Positions 54,440 to 64,000 of a DNA stretch of 64,000 nucleotides are shown here, one piece after another. Origin of the DNA: an uncultured Myxococcales bacterium (lineage in GTDB: Bacteria > Myxococcota_A > UBA9042 > DTJE01). The position numbers were made by a program, and so were the translations under genes. The stretch spans positions 12,027 through 76,026 of the forward strand of contig CAIOFV010000106.1 of NCBI GenBank assembly GCA_903857665.1, read 5' to 3'. Below the pieces are notes generated by a model. It ran no database searches. It was not told where the DNA came from and was given only the letters and a program-made list of their open reading frames with translations. Positions within the stretch are counted from its first letter, which is position 1. Each line of letters begins with the position of its first letter.

Positions 54440-56125
54440 ATGAGCGACGCGAAGTCCCCCCTTCCCTTCCCGGCCCTCCGCCCGGCGATGCGCGCCGCGC
54501 CCTGGGCGCCGCTGGCCCTCGTGGCGGCGATGCTGTGGTCCCCGCTGCCGGCGCAGGCCTGCACGTCGTACCTGGTCACGAAGGGCGCCTCGGCCGACGG
54601 CTCGACGTTCCTGACGTACGTGGCCGATTCCCACACGCTGTACGGCGACCTGGAGGTCGTCCCGGGCGGCGTGCACGCGCCGGGCCAGACGATCCCCATC
54701 CATGACTGGGACACGGGCAAGTACCTGGGCCGCATCCCGCAGGTACCCGTCACCTACGCGGTCACGGGCCTGATCAACGAGTTCCAGGTGGCGGTCGGCG
54801 AAACCACGTTCGGCGGCCGGAAGGAACTGCTGGACCCGAAGGGCGTCGTGGACTACGGCAGCCTGATGCGGCTGGCGCTGCAGCGGGCCCGGACGGCCCG
54901 CGAAGCCATCCAGGTGATGACGTCGCTGGCCGAGACGCACGGGTACTCCAGCGAGGGCGAATCGTTCAGCATCGCGGACCCGAACGAGGCGTGGATCCTC
55001 GAGATGGTCGGCCGGGGCCCCGGCGGCAAGGGCGCGCTGTGGGCCGCGGTCCGGGTGCCCGACGGCTACGTCAGCGCACACGCGAACATGTCGCGGATCC
55101 GCCAGTTCCCGCAGAACGACCCGAAGAACGCGCTGCACTCGAAGGACGTGATCCAGTACGCCCGCGACCAGGGCTGGTTCAAGGGATATGACGCCGACTT
55201 CAGCTTCGCCGACGCCTACTATCCGCGCGGTTTCGGCGGCATGCGGTTCTGTGATGCGCGCGTATGGCGTTTCTTCATGCGCGTGGCGCCGGCACTGAAC
55301 CTGTCGATGGACTGGGTCAAGGGCGTGCTGGGTGCGAAGCCGCTGCCCATGTGGGTGAAGCCCGAGCGGAAGCTGGACGTCGCCGACGTGATGGAACTGA
55401 TGCGCGACCACTTCGAAGGCACGGAATTCGACCTGTCCACCGGCGTGGGCGCAGGCCCCTTCGGGCTGCCCTACCGCTGGCGCCCGTTGACCTGGGAGTA
55501 CGAAGGCAGGAAGTACTTCAACGAGCGTTCGGCATCGACCCAGCAGACGGGCTTTTCCATCGTGGCCCAGTCGCGCGGCTGGCTGCCGGGGCCGATCGGC
55601 GGTGTGCTGTGGTTCGGCGTGGACGACACCTGGCTGACCGTGTACGTGCCGATGTACGCCGGCATCCGGGAGGCCCCGCACGCCTTCGCGCCCGGGACCG
55701 GCACGTTCAAGCGGTTCAGTTGGGACGCGGCCTTCTGGGCGTTCAACGCCGTGTCGAACTTCACGTACTCGCGCTGGTCCGACATGTCCCGGGACGTGCG
55801 GGACGCGCAGGCTGCGCTGGAAGGCTCGTTCATCGCCGGCGTGCGCGAAACCGACGCCGCGGCGCTGGAACAGTTCAAGGAGGCCCCGGGCATGGCGCGG
55901 GACTACCTGACCGCGTTTTCGGCCGCCCAGGCGGAACGCACGATGACCCGCTGGCGCGCCCTGTTCCAGGAGCTGCTGGTGAAGTACCTGGACGGCAACG
56001 TCCGCGACGCGCTGGGCGAGGTCCAGCACCCGCCGTACCCGAAGGAATGGTACGGGCGGATCGTGCACGAACGGCCCGCGGAGTACGAGGTCCAGAAGCT
56101 CCCCGGCGAGATCGAGGAGGAGTAG
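54440..56125 (+). CDS. Peptidase C69 (dipeptidase/secernin-like Ntn-hydrolase)
   Basis: Signal peptide then CTSYLV.KGASADGS (N-terminal nucleophile Cys), NEFQV..GETT, GESFSIAD, PYRWRP. Confidence 0.9.
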   Translation: MSDAKSPLPFPALRPAMRAAPWAPLALVAAMLWSPLPAQACTSYLVTKGASADGSTFLTYVADSHTLYGDLEVVPGGVHAPGQTIPIHDWDTGKYLGRIPQVPVTYAVTGLINEFQVAVGETTFGGRKELLDPKGVVDYGSLMRLALQRARTAREAIQVMTSLAETHGYSSEGESFSIADPNEAWILEMVGRGPGGKGALWAAVRVPDGYVSAHANMSRIRQFPQNDPKNALHSKDVIQYARDQGWFKGYDADFSFADAYYPRGFGGMRFCDARVWRFFMRVAPALNLSMDWVKGVLGAKPLPMWVKPERKLDVADVMELMRDHFEGTEFDLSTGVGAGPFGLPYRWRPLTWEYEGRKYFNERSASTQQTGFSIVAQSRGWLPGPIGGVLWFGVDDTWLTVYVPMYAGIREAPHAFAPGTGTFKRFSWDAAFWAFNAVSNFTYSRWSDMSRDVRDAQAALEGSFIAGVRETDAAALEQFKEAPGMARDYLTAFSAAQAERTMTRWRALFQELLVKYLDGNVRDALGEVQHPPYPKEWYGRIVHERPAEYEVQKLPGEIEEE

Positions 56126-56127
56126 CG

Positions 56128-57528
56128 ATGTCGAGCCCCTCCCCCGCCACGGCTCCCGCCACCGGCGACGCGCCCGCGCCCGCCTTCCCGCGGACCTTCT
56201 GGACCGCCAACGTCACCGAGCTGTTCGAGCGCGGCGCCTACTATTCGATGGCGTCCTTCGTGGTGATCTACCTGGGCCAGCTGGGCATGGGCGACTACTG
56301 GCCGTCCACGCTCAACGCGCTGCTGTGGGGCCTGATCTACTTCCTGCCGATCCTGTCGGGCACCGTCGCGGACCAGGTGGGCTTCAGGCGCTCGCTGGTG
56401 ATGGCGTTCCTGCTGCTGGGCGCAGGGTACCTGTGCATGGGGTCGCCGGTGTGGCTGGGCGGCGCGACGCTGCTGCCCACGGTGACGCCCGAGGTCACCG
56501 CGGGCGCGCCGATCTTCGGGATGGTGCTGGCGGGCATCGTGCTGATCGGCGTGGGCGGCTCGATCGTGAAGCCGTGCATCTCGGGCACGGTGCAGAAGAC
56601 CGCGGGGCTGCGCGCCACGCTGGCGTTCGCGATCTTCTACATGGTGATCAACATCGGCTCGCTGTTCGGCCGCGGCATGGGATACATGGCCCGGACCAAT
56701 TTCGGGCTGTCCGCCATCTTCGTCGTCGCGATGGGGTGCGCGCTGGTGGCACTGCTGACCGTGCTGTTCCTGTACATCGACCCGGACCGCTCGCGGGGCG
56801 CCGTGCCCGCGGCCGGGCCGCGCAGATCCGTGGGACGCATCCTGCTGGACATGGTGCTGGTGCTGCGCAACGGCCGTTTCGCGTTGTTCCTGCTGGTGTC
56901 GTCGGGCTTCAACTTCCTGTACTCGCAGGTCTACAACGTGCTGCCGCTGTACCTCAAGCGGGTGGTGGAAACCAACCCGGCCGTGGACCTGTACACGATG
57001 GCCAACCCCTTCGTCATCGTGTTCTTCCAGCTGCTGATCACGCGGACCTTCGGCCGGATGAAGCCGGTCCGCTCGATGATCGTGGGCATCGTGATCATCT
57101 CGCTGTCGATGGTCGTCAACGTCGTCCCGATCTTCCTGTCGGGGGGCGTCCGGGCGCCGCTGTGGGACCTGCTGCCCGTGGGTTCGATGGTGGTGATCCT
57201 GACCGTCGCGATGATCGCCTTCGGCGAGCTGTTCACGTCGGCGCGTACCTTCGAGTACATCGGCGCGCTGGCGCCCAGGGGCCAGGAGGGCCTGTTCCTG
57301 GGCTACGCGAACCTGCCCATCGCCATCGGCGCGCTGATCGGTGGCCCGGTGGGCGCCTACGTGTTCAACGAGGTGATGGCGAAGGACGCGGTGAAACTGG
57401 ACAACGGCCTGCTGGAGCTGGTGCCCGCCAACGCGGCGACCGGCTGGCTGATCCTGATGGGCGTCGGCCTGGCGTCCGCGGTCAGCATGGTGCTGTACAA
57501 CCGCTGGATCGAAAAGCACCCGGCCTGA
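56128..57528 (+). CDS. POT/PTR-family peptide:H+ symporter (MFS)
   Basis: ELFERGAYY (ExxER motif variant), GGSIVKPC, FAIFYMVINIGS, NP..I, FGELFTS; 2 bp after the peptidase gene. Confidence 0.88.
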   Translation: MSSPSPATAPATGDAPAPAFPRTFWTANVTELFERGAYYSMASFVVIYLGQLGMGDYWPSTLNALLWGLIYFLPILSGTVADQVGFRRSLVMAFLLLGAGYLCMGSPVWLGGATLLPTVTPEVTAGAPIFGMVLAGIVLIGVGGSIVKPCISGTVQKTAGLRATLAFAIFYMVINIGSLFGRGMGYMARTNFGLSAIFVVAMGCALVALLTVLFLYIDPDRSRGAVPAAGPRRSVGRILLDMVLVLRNGRFALFLLVSSGFNFLYSQVYNVLPLYLKRVVETNPAVDLYTMANPFVIVFFQLLITRTFGRMKPVRSMIVGIVIISLSMVVNVVPIFLSGGVRAPLWDLLPVGSMVVILTVAMIAFGELFTSARTFEYIGALAPRGQEGLFLGYANLPIAIGALIGGPVGAYVFNEVMAKDAVKLDNGLLELVPANAATGWLILMGVGLASAVSMVLYNRWIEKHPA

Positions 57529-57542
57529 ATCGGGGGGTATTG

Positions 57543-58313
57543 CTAGAGGTGGATGGGCGCACCGGCCGAGCCGCCGGACGTGTGGCACGAAGCGCAACCC
57601 ACGCCCCCGCTGCCGTCCACGTCGGTCGACATCGTCTTGGTCCAGGTGTTTCCGCCCGCCTGGTAGGTCACGCGGAAGTGCACCATGCCCGAGGGGCCGC
57701 CACTGGTCGCGAAGTTGCCGACGCAGTTGGTGGTGCCCAGGTTCACCGCGGTACCGCCGCCGGCCGGGATCGCGTCAACCACCACGCCGTCCACGCCCTG
57801 GTTGGAGTTGCCGCACTTGTCGCCGGCCGGCCCGTACACGGTGCCCGCGTAGGCGAAGCCGTGGCAGCCGGTGCAGTCCTGTCCGGGCCGCATCGTGAGC
57901 CCCTGGCCGGAAGGCGAGCAGGTGTTGCCCGGGCACGCGAAGGCCGGGGGAGTGCCCGGGTCCGTGGGACCGGGATCCGTGGGGCCGGGATCGGTCGGAC
58001 CGGGATCGGTCGGACCGGGATCGACCGCGCCGGGATCGCTTGCGCCGGGGTCGGTCGGACCGGGATCGACCGCGCCGGGATCGGAGCTCCCCGGATCCCC
58101 CGCGCCCGGATCCGCCTGGGCCAGGTCGCTGCCGGGACCGGAGTCCTCCCGGACGTCCGCCACCGCATCCTGCCCCGGGTCCGTCGGGATCCCGTTGTCG
58201 ATGCCGGACTGGGTGTCCTGTACGTCGGACGTGGAAGAGCTCGAGGACGAGGTGCACGAGAACGCCAACACCGACAACGACAACACCAGCGACACACGCG
58301 AACGGACGACCAT
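57543..58313 (-). CDS. Lipoprotein with 11 xxDPG repeats and two CxxCH (c-type heme) motifs
   Basis: Lipobox AFSC; MRPGQDCTGCH and GCASCH. Confidence 0.75.
   Translation of the reverse strand: MVVRSRVSLVLSLSVLAFSCTSSSSSSTSDVQDTQSGIDNGIPTDPGQDAVADVREDSGPGSDLAQADPGAGDPGSSDPGAVDPGPTDPGASDPGAVDPGPTDPGPTDPGPTDPGPTDPGTPPAFACPGNTCSPSGQGLTMRPGQDCTGCHGFAYAGTVYGPAGDKCGNSNQGVDGVVVDAIPAGGGTAVNLGTTNCVGNFATSGGPSGMVHFRVTYQAGGNTWTKTMSTDVDGSGGVGCASCHTSGGSAGAPIHL
57954..58118 (-). repeat. Coding tandem repeat, 11 x 15 bp (xxDPG)
   Basis: Seen directly in both the DNA and the translation. Confidence 0.9.
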
Positions 58314-58349
58314 CGGAAACCCCCTCGAATGAAGCCAATCGGACAAGTC

Positions 58350-58375
58350 ATATTGGATGATATTTATCCTAATAT
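58350..58375. promoter_or_regulatory. AT-rich imperfect palindrome ATATTGGATGATATTTATCCTAATAT
   Basis: ATATT-GGAT...ATCC-T-AATAT, about 40 bp upstream of the di-heme lipoprotein start, in strikingly AT-rich DNA. Confidence 0.45.
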
Positions 58376-58456
58376 CAAGCGCACCCCCCGCAACGCCGCA
58401 TGGAATATGGGGCTGAACACTTGCAGGCAGGCGGGAATCCGCCGGGAACGCCCCCC

Positions 58457-59833
58457 TCAGGGCCGGATGACGACCATCTTCACGTGCGTCATCTCCTCGA
58501 CGGCGAAGCGCACCCCCTCGCGACCCAGGCCGCTGCGCCGGTTGCCGCCGTAGGGCATGTGATCCACCCGGAAGATGGACGTGTCGTTGATCATCACGCC
58601 GCCGCAGTCCAGGCGCTCGATGGCGCGGAAGGCCTTGCGCAGGTCGTTGGTCCAGACCCCCGCCTGCAGGCCGTACTCCGAGTCGTCCATCGCGGCCAGG
58701 GCGTCCTCGAAATCGTCGTAGGGCACCAGGCAGACCAGGGGCGCGAAGGCCTCCTGGCACACCACCTTCATCGTCGGCGTGACGTCGCACAGCACGGTGG
58801 GTTCCAGCATGGCGCCCTCGCGGCGCCCCCCCGCCAGCACCCGGGCGCCCCCGGCGACGGCCTCGGCGATCCACGCCTGGGCCCGGATCGCCTCCGCCTC
58901 GTCGATCATGGGCCCCACGTCGCAGTCCCGGTCCACCGGGTTGCCCACCTTCAGGGCCGCCGTGGCCGCAAGGAAGCGCCGCGTGAAGTCGTCGAAGATC
59001 GATGCGTGGACATACAGGCGCTGCAGGGAGATGCAGACCTGCCCCGAGTTCGCGAACGCGGAAACCACGCAGCGGGGCACCGCCACGCCCAGGTCCGTAT
59101 CGGGCTCGACAACGGTCCCGGAGTTGTTCCCCAGTTCCATCGTGACCTTCTTGAGGCCCGCCGCCCGGACGATGCCCTCCCCGACGGACGGCGACCCGGT
59201 GAAGGACACCTTCGATACGCGACGGTCGGTCACCAGCCAGTCGCCCACCGTCGATCCCGGGCCCACCAGCAGTTCCAGCACGCCGTCCGGCAGGCCGGCC
59301 TCCCGCAGGACGTCGCACAGCAGCACGGCCGTCAGGGGCGTGGTGGACGCGGGCTTCAGCACCACCGAGTTCCCCGCCGCGAGGGCCGGGCCCACCTTGT
59401 GGGCCACCAGGTTCAAGGGGAAGTTGAAGGGGGTGATGGCGGCGACGACCCCGACCGGCACGCGGACCCAGAAGCCCCAGCGGCCCTCGCCCGCGGCGCT
59501 GGCGTCCATGGGGACCGTCTCGCCGTGGACGCGCTTCGCCTCCTCGGCCGAAAAGCGGAAGGTTTCCACGCTGCGGTCCGCTTCGGCCAGGGCGTGCTTC
59601 CAGGCCTTGCCCGCCTCCCGGGCGATGGTGGTGGCGATTTCCTCGCGCCGGGCCTCCAGCAGGTCGGCCGCGCGGTGAATGATCGCGGCACGCCGGTGGG
59701 CGGGCGTCCGGGACCAGGCCGGAAAGGCCTCCCGGGCAGCCGCCACGGCGCGCTCCACCGCCTCGCGGTCTGCCACGGGGACGCGTCCGATCACTTCGCC
59801 GGTGTACTTGTCGCGAACCTCGAGGGTCGCCAT
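58457..59833 (-). CDS. NAD(P)-dependent aldehyde dehydrogenase
   Basis: ITPFNFP, KPA, SFTGS, ELGNNS (catalytic Glu), SGQVCIS (catalytic Cys), EAFAP, GLQAG, MPYGG. Confidence 0.93.
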   Translation of the reverse strand: MATLEVRDKYTGEVIGRVPVADREAVERAVAAAREAFPAWSRTPAHRRAAIIHRAADLLEARREEIATTIAREAGKAWKHALAEADRSVETFRFSAEEAKRVHGETVPMDASAAGEGRWGFWVRVPVGVVAAITPFNFPLNLVAHKVGPALAAGNSVVLKPASTTPLTAVLLCDVLREAGLPDGVLELLVGPGSTVGDWLVTDRRVSKVSFTGSPSVGEGIVRAAGLKKVTMELGNNSGTVVEPDTDLGVAVPRCVVSAFANSGQVCISLQRLYVHASIFDDFTRRFLAATAALKVGNPVDRDCDVGPMIDEAEAIRAQAWIAEAVAGGARVLAGGRREGAMLEPTVLCDVTPTMKVVCQEAFAPLVCLVPYDDFEDALAAMDDSEYGLQAGVWTNDLRKAFRAIERLDCGGVMINDTSIFRVDHMPYGGNRRSGLGREGVRFAVEEMTHVKMVVIRP

Positions 59834-59838
59834 CCCCG

Positions 59839-61083
59839 TCACCGCCCCGAACATCCTTCCGGTATGTCCCCGGCCAGTTCGGCCACGTCGCGTTCGGAGA
59901 AGCCCATCAGGTAGAGGATGCCCGTCAGCGAGGACGCGTTGAGGCTGAGGTCCGCCGCGGCCTGCAGGCGCGGCTTGGCGCGGAACGCGATCCCGAGGCC
60001 CGCAAGGCGCAGCATGTGCATGTCGTTGGCGCCGTCGCCGACCGCCACGCACTGGTCCAGCCGGCAGTCGTACACGTGCGCCATGTCGGACAGCACCTGG
60101 GCCTTCCGGTCCGCGTCCACGATCTGGCCCTTCACGACGCCGGTGATCCGGCCCTCCTCGACTTCCAGCGTGTTGGCGAACGCGAAGTCCAGCCCGAACC
60201 GGTGCTTCATTTCGTCCACGAAGAACGTGAAGCCGCCGCTGACCAGCCCGATGCGCATGCCCAGCGCCTTCAGCGTCCGCACCAGCACCTCGGCCCCCGG
60301 CGTCATCGGCACGTCGTCCAGCAGGCGCCGCGCCTGCTCCATCGGCAGGCCGGCCAGCAGCGCCACCCGCTCGCGCAGCGCCGACGGGAAGTCGAGCTCC
60401 CCGCGCATCGCCCGTTCCGTGATGCCCGCGACACGCTCGAAGCAACCCGCCATCCGGGCCAGCTCGTCGATCACTTCCATCTGGATGAACGTCGAGTCCA
60501 CGTCCATGCAGACCAGGCGCTTGCTGCGCCGGCCCACGCCGTCCCGCTGGACCGCCATGTCCACGCCCAGCCGTCCCGACAGCGCCAGGATTTCGCCCCG
60601 CAGGGCCCGCATCTCGACCGCGGTCAGGCGCCGGTCCGCCGGCATGTCCACGATCAGTTCCAGCCCGGTCAGCCGGCGGCGGGACAGGGTCCGGATCTCG
60701 CGAATGTTCAGCCCCTTTTCCGCCAGGTACTCGGTGGTCCGGCCCACCGCCACACCGTCCTCCAGCGCACCCAGCAGCGTCACGCACAGCGCGCAGTTGT
60801 TCCGATCCTGCGCGGGGTCGTTCACGGCCGGGCGGTACATCGATACCTCCAGCCGCAGGCCCATTTCCGACACCTTGAACAGCGTCTGGCGCAGCACGTC
60901 GGACCCGGGCGGGACCTCGACGAAGGCCGACAGCGTGAGGTGCCCATGGAGGACCGACTGCCCGAGGTCCACCAGCCGCGCGTTTTCCCGGGCGAAGATG
61001 CCGGTCAGGGCGGACGTGATGCCGGGGCGGTCGGGGCCGGTGACGTGGAGCACGACCAGATCGTCTGGGTTGATCGCATTCAT
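59839..61083 (-). CDS. serB: Phosphoserine phosphatase with ACT domains
   Basis: TGPDRPG ACT domain, DVDST HAD motif I, VSGGF, K, GDGANDM. Confidence 0.95.
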   Translation of the reverse strand: MNAINPDDLVVLHVTGPDRPGITSALTGIFARENARLVDLGQSVLHGHLTLSAFVEVPPGSDVLRQTLFKVSEMGLRLEVSMYRPAVNDPAQDRNNCALCVTLLGALEDGVAVGRTTEYLAEKGLNIREIRTLSRRRLTGLELIVDMPADRRLTAVEMRALRGEILALSGRLGVDMAVQRDGVGRRSKRLVCMDVDSTFIQMEVIDELARMAGCFERVAGITERAMRGELDFPSALRERVALLAGLPMEQARRLLDDVPMTPGAEVLVRTLKALGMRIGLVSGGFTFFVDEMKHRFGLDFAFANTLEVEEGRITGVVKGQIVDADRKAQVLSDMAHVYDCRLDQCVAVGDGANDMHMLRLAGLGIAFRAKPRLQAAADLSLNASSLTGILYLMGFSERDVAELAGDIPEGCSGR

Positions 61084-61186
61084 GGCGCGATTGTAGGACG
61101 GAAGGGGGCCGCGACGCATCCCCGAAAATGAACGGCCCGCAAGAATGCGGACGAAGCACGCGGGAACCCGTTCGCGACAGCGGGGG

Positions 61187-61606
61187 TCAGAGGGCGGCGC
61201 GCAAAGACCGCGCGGCCTCCGAGATGGCGGGGTTCCCCGGGGACACGTAGCGGGGCTCCGGCGCCTTCCGGGGTTCGAAGGACGAATGCCCGGTGGGGTC
61301 CAGGGAACGGAACGGCGCCTCGCGGGCGATCGCGGCCTCGGCGTCCTGGGCCCGTCCATCGGCCATCTCGGCCAGGCTCAGCGCCGAGTTCAGGTCCGCG
61401 CGCAGATCCTGGTGGGCGGCGTCCTTCTGGCCGCACATCCGCAGGATCGCCTGCACCAGGTCGCGGGCCGGCCCGGTCGTCGCCTTCAGGGCGTCCAGCG
61501 ACACCATCCCCGCGGTCCCCGGCCGGGCGATGATCACGACGGAGCAGAGGATGAGCACCCGCCGAATCGTCTTCCAGGCCCTGCGCTGTTGCGTGAGAGT
61601 CCCCAT
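61187..61606 (-). CDS. Hypothetical protein, possibly exported
   Basis: Fills an intergenic gap and has a basic/hydrophobic N-terminus; no motifs recognised. Confidence 0.4.
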   Translation of the reverse strand: MGTLTQQRRAWKTIRRVLILCSVVIIARPGTAGMVSLDALKATTGPARDLVQAILRMCGQKDAAHQDLRADLNSALSLAEMADGRAQDAEAAIAREAPFRSLDPTGHSSFEPRKAPEPRYVSPGNPAISEAARSLRAAL

Positions 61607-61794
61607 GAAGAAGGGAATCGGGAGCGGCGGGAGGGAACATTAGGCCCGGGGGCAAACCGGGGTTCCCGGCCCCGTCGCTGCGTGACGAGGGGCTGTGGCG
61701 CCCGCGCGAATGCTGGACTATCCTTCCCGGGATTCCGGGCGTCGCGAGAGAGGGCCCGGGACCGTTTCCCAACCGATCGAAGGAGGCGCGTCCC

Positions 61795-64000
61795 ATGCAG
61801 CATTCCCGCAGGTCGCTCCCGCTGGCCGGCACTTCCGTCGCCCTCCCGGTACTGGTCGCGCTGGCCGCCATCCTGCCGACATCGGCGGCACGCGCGGTCG
61901 AGCCCGTGACCGGTGTCGCGCCGAACAGCCTGTACGTGGTCGCGGTGTCGCACCTGGACACCGAATGGCTGTGGACGGTGGTGCAGACGATCACGGACTA
62001 CATCCCGGCCACGTTCCGCGACACGATGGACCTGATCGACCGGCATCCCGGCTTCCGGTACGGCTTCGAGGGGGCGAACCGGTACCACATGCTGCGCGAG
62101 TACTACCCGGACCTGTGGGAGCGCCTGAAGGCGTACGTCGCCGACGGCCGCTGGTCCCCGTCGGGGAGCGCCCTCGAAGGAGGCGACGTGAACATCGTGT
62201 CGCCCGAGTCGCTGACCCGCCAGTTCCTGTATGGCAACGGCTTCTTCCGGCACGAGTTCAACAAGGCCAGCGTCGACGTCTTCCTGCCGGACTGCTTCGG
62301 GTTCGGGTGGGCGCTGCCGTCGGTGGCGGCGCACTGCGGCCTGAAGGGGTTTTCGACCCAGAAGCTGCACTGGGGCTCGGCCTACGGCATCCCGTTCGAC
62401 GTGGGCCGGTGGCGCGGTCCCGACGGGGCCGAGATCGTCGCGGCGCTGGACCCGGGCAGCTACGTGTCGGGCATCGTCGATGACTGGTCGTCGTCGGTGA
62501 ACTGGACCGCGGCGCTGGACCGGGAAGAGGCGAAGTCGGGGCTGAGGCTGGGATACGGCTACTTCGGCGTCGGCGACCGGGGCGGCGCCGTCCACGAAAC
62601 GGACGTCGCGGAACTGGAGGTCGGCATGGCCGGCGCCGGCCCGATCCAGGTGCTGTCCGTCCCGTCGGACCAGATGTTCCGGGACCTCGACGCGACGCAG
62701 ATCGCCGCGCTGCCCCTGTGGGACAACGAACTGGTCCTGACCACCCACGGCACCGGAGCCTACACGTCCCAGTGCGCGATGAAGCGCTGGAACCGACGCA
62801 ACGAGCAACTGGGCGACGCGGCCGAGCGCGCGGCCGTGGCGGCATCGTGGCTGGGCGCGCTGCCCTACCCCGGCGCCTGGCTGGCGGACGCGTGGTTCCG
62901 GTTCCTGGTGCACCAGTTCCACGACGACGTCACCGGGACCAGCATCCCCGAGGTCTACTCCTACTCGTGGAACGACCAGCGGATCGCCCAGCACCGGTTC
63001 GCCACGGTCCTTTCGGCGGCCGCGGGCGCGGTGGCCCGGGCCCTGGACACGACGGCGCAGGGCGTGCCGCTGGTGGTGTACAACGCGGTCGCATCCGATC
63101 GCCAGGACCTGGTCCAGACGATCGTGCGGTTCGATGGCCAGGTGCCGTCCAACGTGCGCGTTTTCGGGCCCGATGGCGCCGAGGTGCCGGCGCAGGTCAC
63201 CGGCGCCCACGACGGTGCGGTCGAACTGGCCTTCCTGGCACGGGTGCCCGCCACCGGGTTCGCCGTGTACGACGCGCGGCCCTCGGATTCGCCGGGCACC
63301 CCGGCCACGGGGCTTTCCGCAACCACCGCGGGCCTGGAAAACGCCCGCTACCGGGTGGCGATCGACGCCAACGGCGACGTGTCCAGCGTGTACGACAAGT
63401 CGGCTGGCCGCGAGATGCTGGCCGGGCCGGTACGGCTGGCCGAGTTCGCCGACAACTCGTTCACCTACCCCGCGTGGGAGATCCCCTGGTACGACCTCCA
63501 GGACGGCCCGCGGGAATACGTCCTGGCGACCCCCGAGGTCCGCGTGCTCGAGGCCGGGCCCGCCCGCGCAACGGTCGAGATCCGCCGCGACTACGGCGCC
63601 GACTACGGCACGTCGACCTTCGTGCTGCGCGTGAGCCTGTTGGGCGGCGACGGCGGGGACCGCGTGGAATGGGACGCCGACATCGACTGGCGGACCCGGA
63701 TGTCGCTGCTGAAGGTCGAGTTCCCGATGAAGGCGTCGGCGCCCAGCGCGACGTTCGACCTGGGACTGGGCGCCATCAGCCGCCCCGATTCCACCGCGCT
63801 GCTGTACGAGGTCCCGGCCCAGCAGTGGGCGGACGTCACCCCGGCGGACAAGGCGTACGGCGCATCGGTGCTGTCGTTCGACAAGGTGGGCTGGCACAAG
63901 CCGGACGACTCGCTGCTGTACCTGACGCTGATCCACACGTCCATGCTGCCGGACAACCACCACGACACCAACGACATCGGGCACCACCGGACCTCGTGGG
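61795..64000 (+). CDS. Secreted GH38 alpha-mannosidase (runs off the window end; not in the ORF track)
   Basis: My translation from ATG 61795 (after AGGAGG): signal peptide, SHLDTEWLW (Zn ligands), LPDCFGF (nucleophile), HQFHDDVTGTSI. Confidence 0.9.
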   Translation, partial: MQHSRRSLPLAGTSVALPVLVALAAILPTSAARAVEPVTGVAPNSLYVVAVSHLDTEWLWTVVQTITDYIPATFRDTMDLIDRHPGFRYGFEGANRYHMLREYYPDLWERLKAYVADGRWSPSGSALEGGDVNIVSPESLTRQFLYGNGFFRHEFNKASVDVFLPDCFGFGWALPSVAAHCGLKGFSTQKLHWGSAYGIPFDVGRWRGPDGAEIVAALDPGSYVSGIVDDWSSSVNWTAALDREEAKSGLRLGYGYFGVGDRGGAVHETDVAELEVGMAGAGPIQVLSVPSDQMFRDLDATQIAALPLWDNELVLTTHGTGAYTSQCAMKRWNRRNEQLGDAAERAAVAASWLGALPYPGAWLADAWFRFLVHQFHDDVTGTSIPEVYSYSWNDQRIAQHRFATVLSAAAGAVARALDTTAQGVPLVVYNAVASDRQDLVQTIVRFDGQVPSNVRVFGPDGAEVPAQVTGAHDGAVELAFLARVPATGFAVYDARPSDSPGTPATGLSATTAGLENARYRVAIDANGDVSSVYDKSAGREMLAGPVRLAEFADNSFTYPAWEIPWYDLQDGPREYVLATPEVRVLEAGPARATVEIRRDYGADYGTSTFVLRVSLLGGDGGDRVEWDADIDWRTRMSLLKVEFPMKASAPSATFDLGLGAISRPDSTALLYEVPAQQWADVTPADKAYGASVLSFDKVGWHKPDDSLLYLTLIHTSMLPDNHHDTNDIGHHRTSW

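Noticed and set aside
57583-57600. TGGCACG as a second sigma54 promoter
   Set aside because: It lies inside a CDS and lacks the correctly spaced TTGC.
1-64000. tRNA, rRNA, prophage or hydrogenase maturation (hydEFG) genes
   Set aside because: No cloverleaf or T-loop context, rRNA signature, phage genes or radical-SAM maturases were recognised by eye; tRNAscan-SE or Infernal would be needed to exclude them formally.

Overview
GC-rich (roughly 70% by eye) bacterial chromosome segment. It is probably from an anaerobic deltaproteobacterial/Myxococcota-like organism; this is inferred from its many Asp/Pro-linker lipoproteins and its redox gene set. Housekeeping and metabolic genes: gltA (partial), a GH31 glucosidase, cysK plus a divergent cysS, a cyclase-family hydrolase, tex, prmA, glnA, serB plus an aldehyde dehydrogenase, a C69 peptidase plus a POT transporter, and a GH38 alpha-mannosidase (partial). 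There are two large redox clusters. The first is a sigma54-preceded trimeric [FeFe]-hydrogenase (hydC, a hydB fused to a GltD/NfnB-like module, hydA) followed by a sensory hydrogenase-histidine kinase fusion and a phosphorelay. The second is a complete hdrCBA-flxDCBA cluster. Also present: an archaeal/eukaryote-type ADP-dependent sugar kinase, a sixA-ppk1-CHAD-ROK operon with Pho-box-like repeats, and a HicAB module inside a ~3 kb block bounded by ~155-bp inverted repeats. The most unusual non-genic signal is a 70-bp hairpin repeat family: 4 full copies plus 1 mini copy, with compensatory base changes, and one copy sits in-frame inside the flxD/mvhD reading frame. No rRNA, tRNA, CRISPR array or transposase was seen. 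All functional calls come from motif recognition by eye; no database searches were run. Several start codons were moved from the ORF track to RBS-supported positions.
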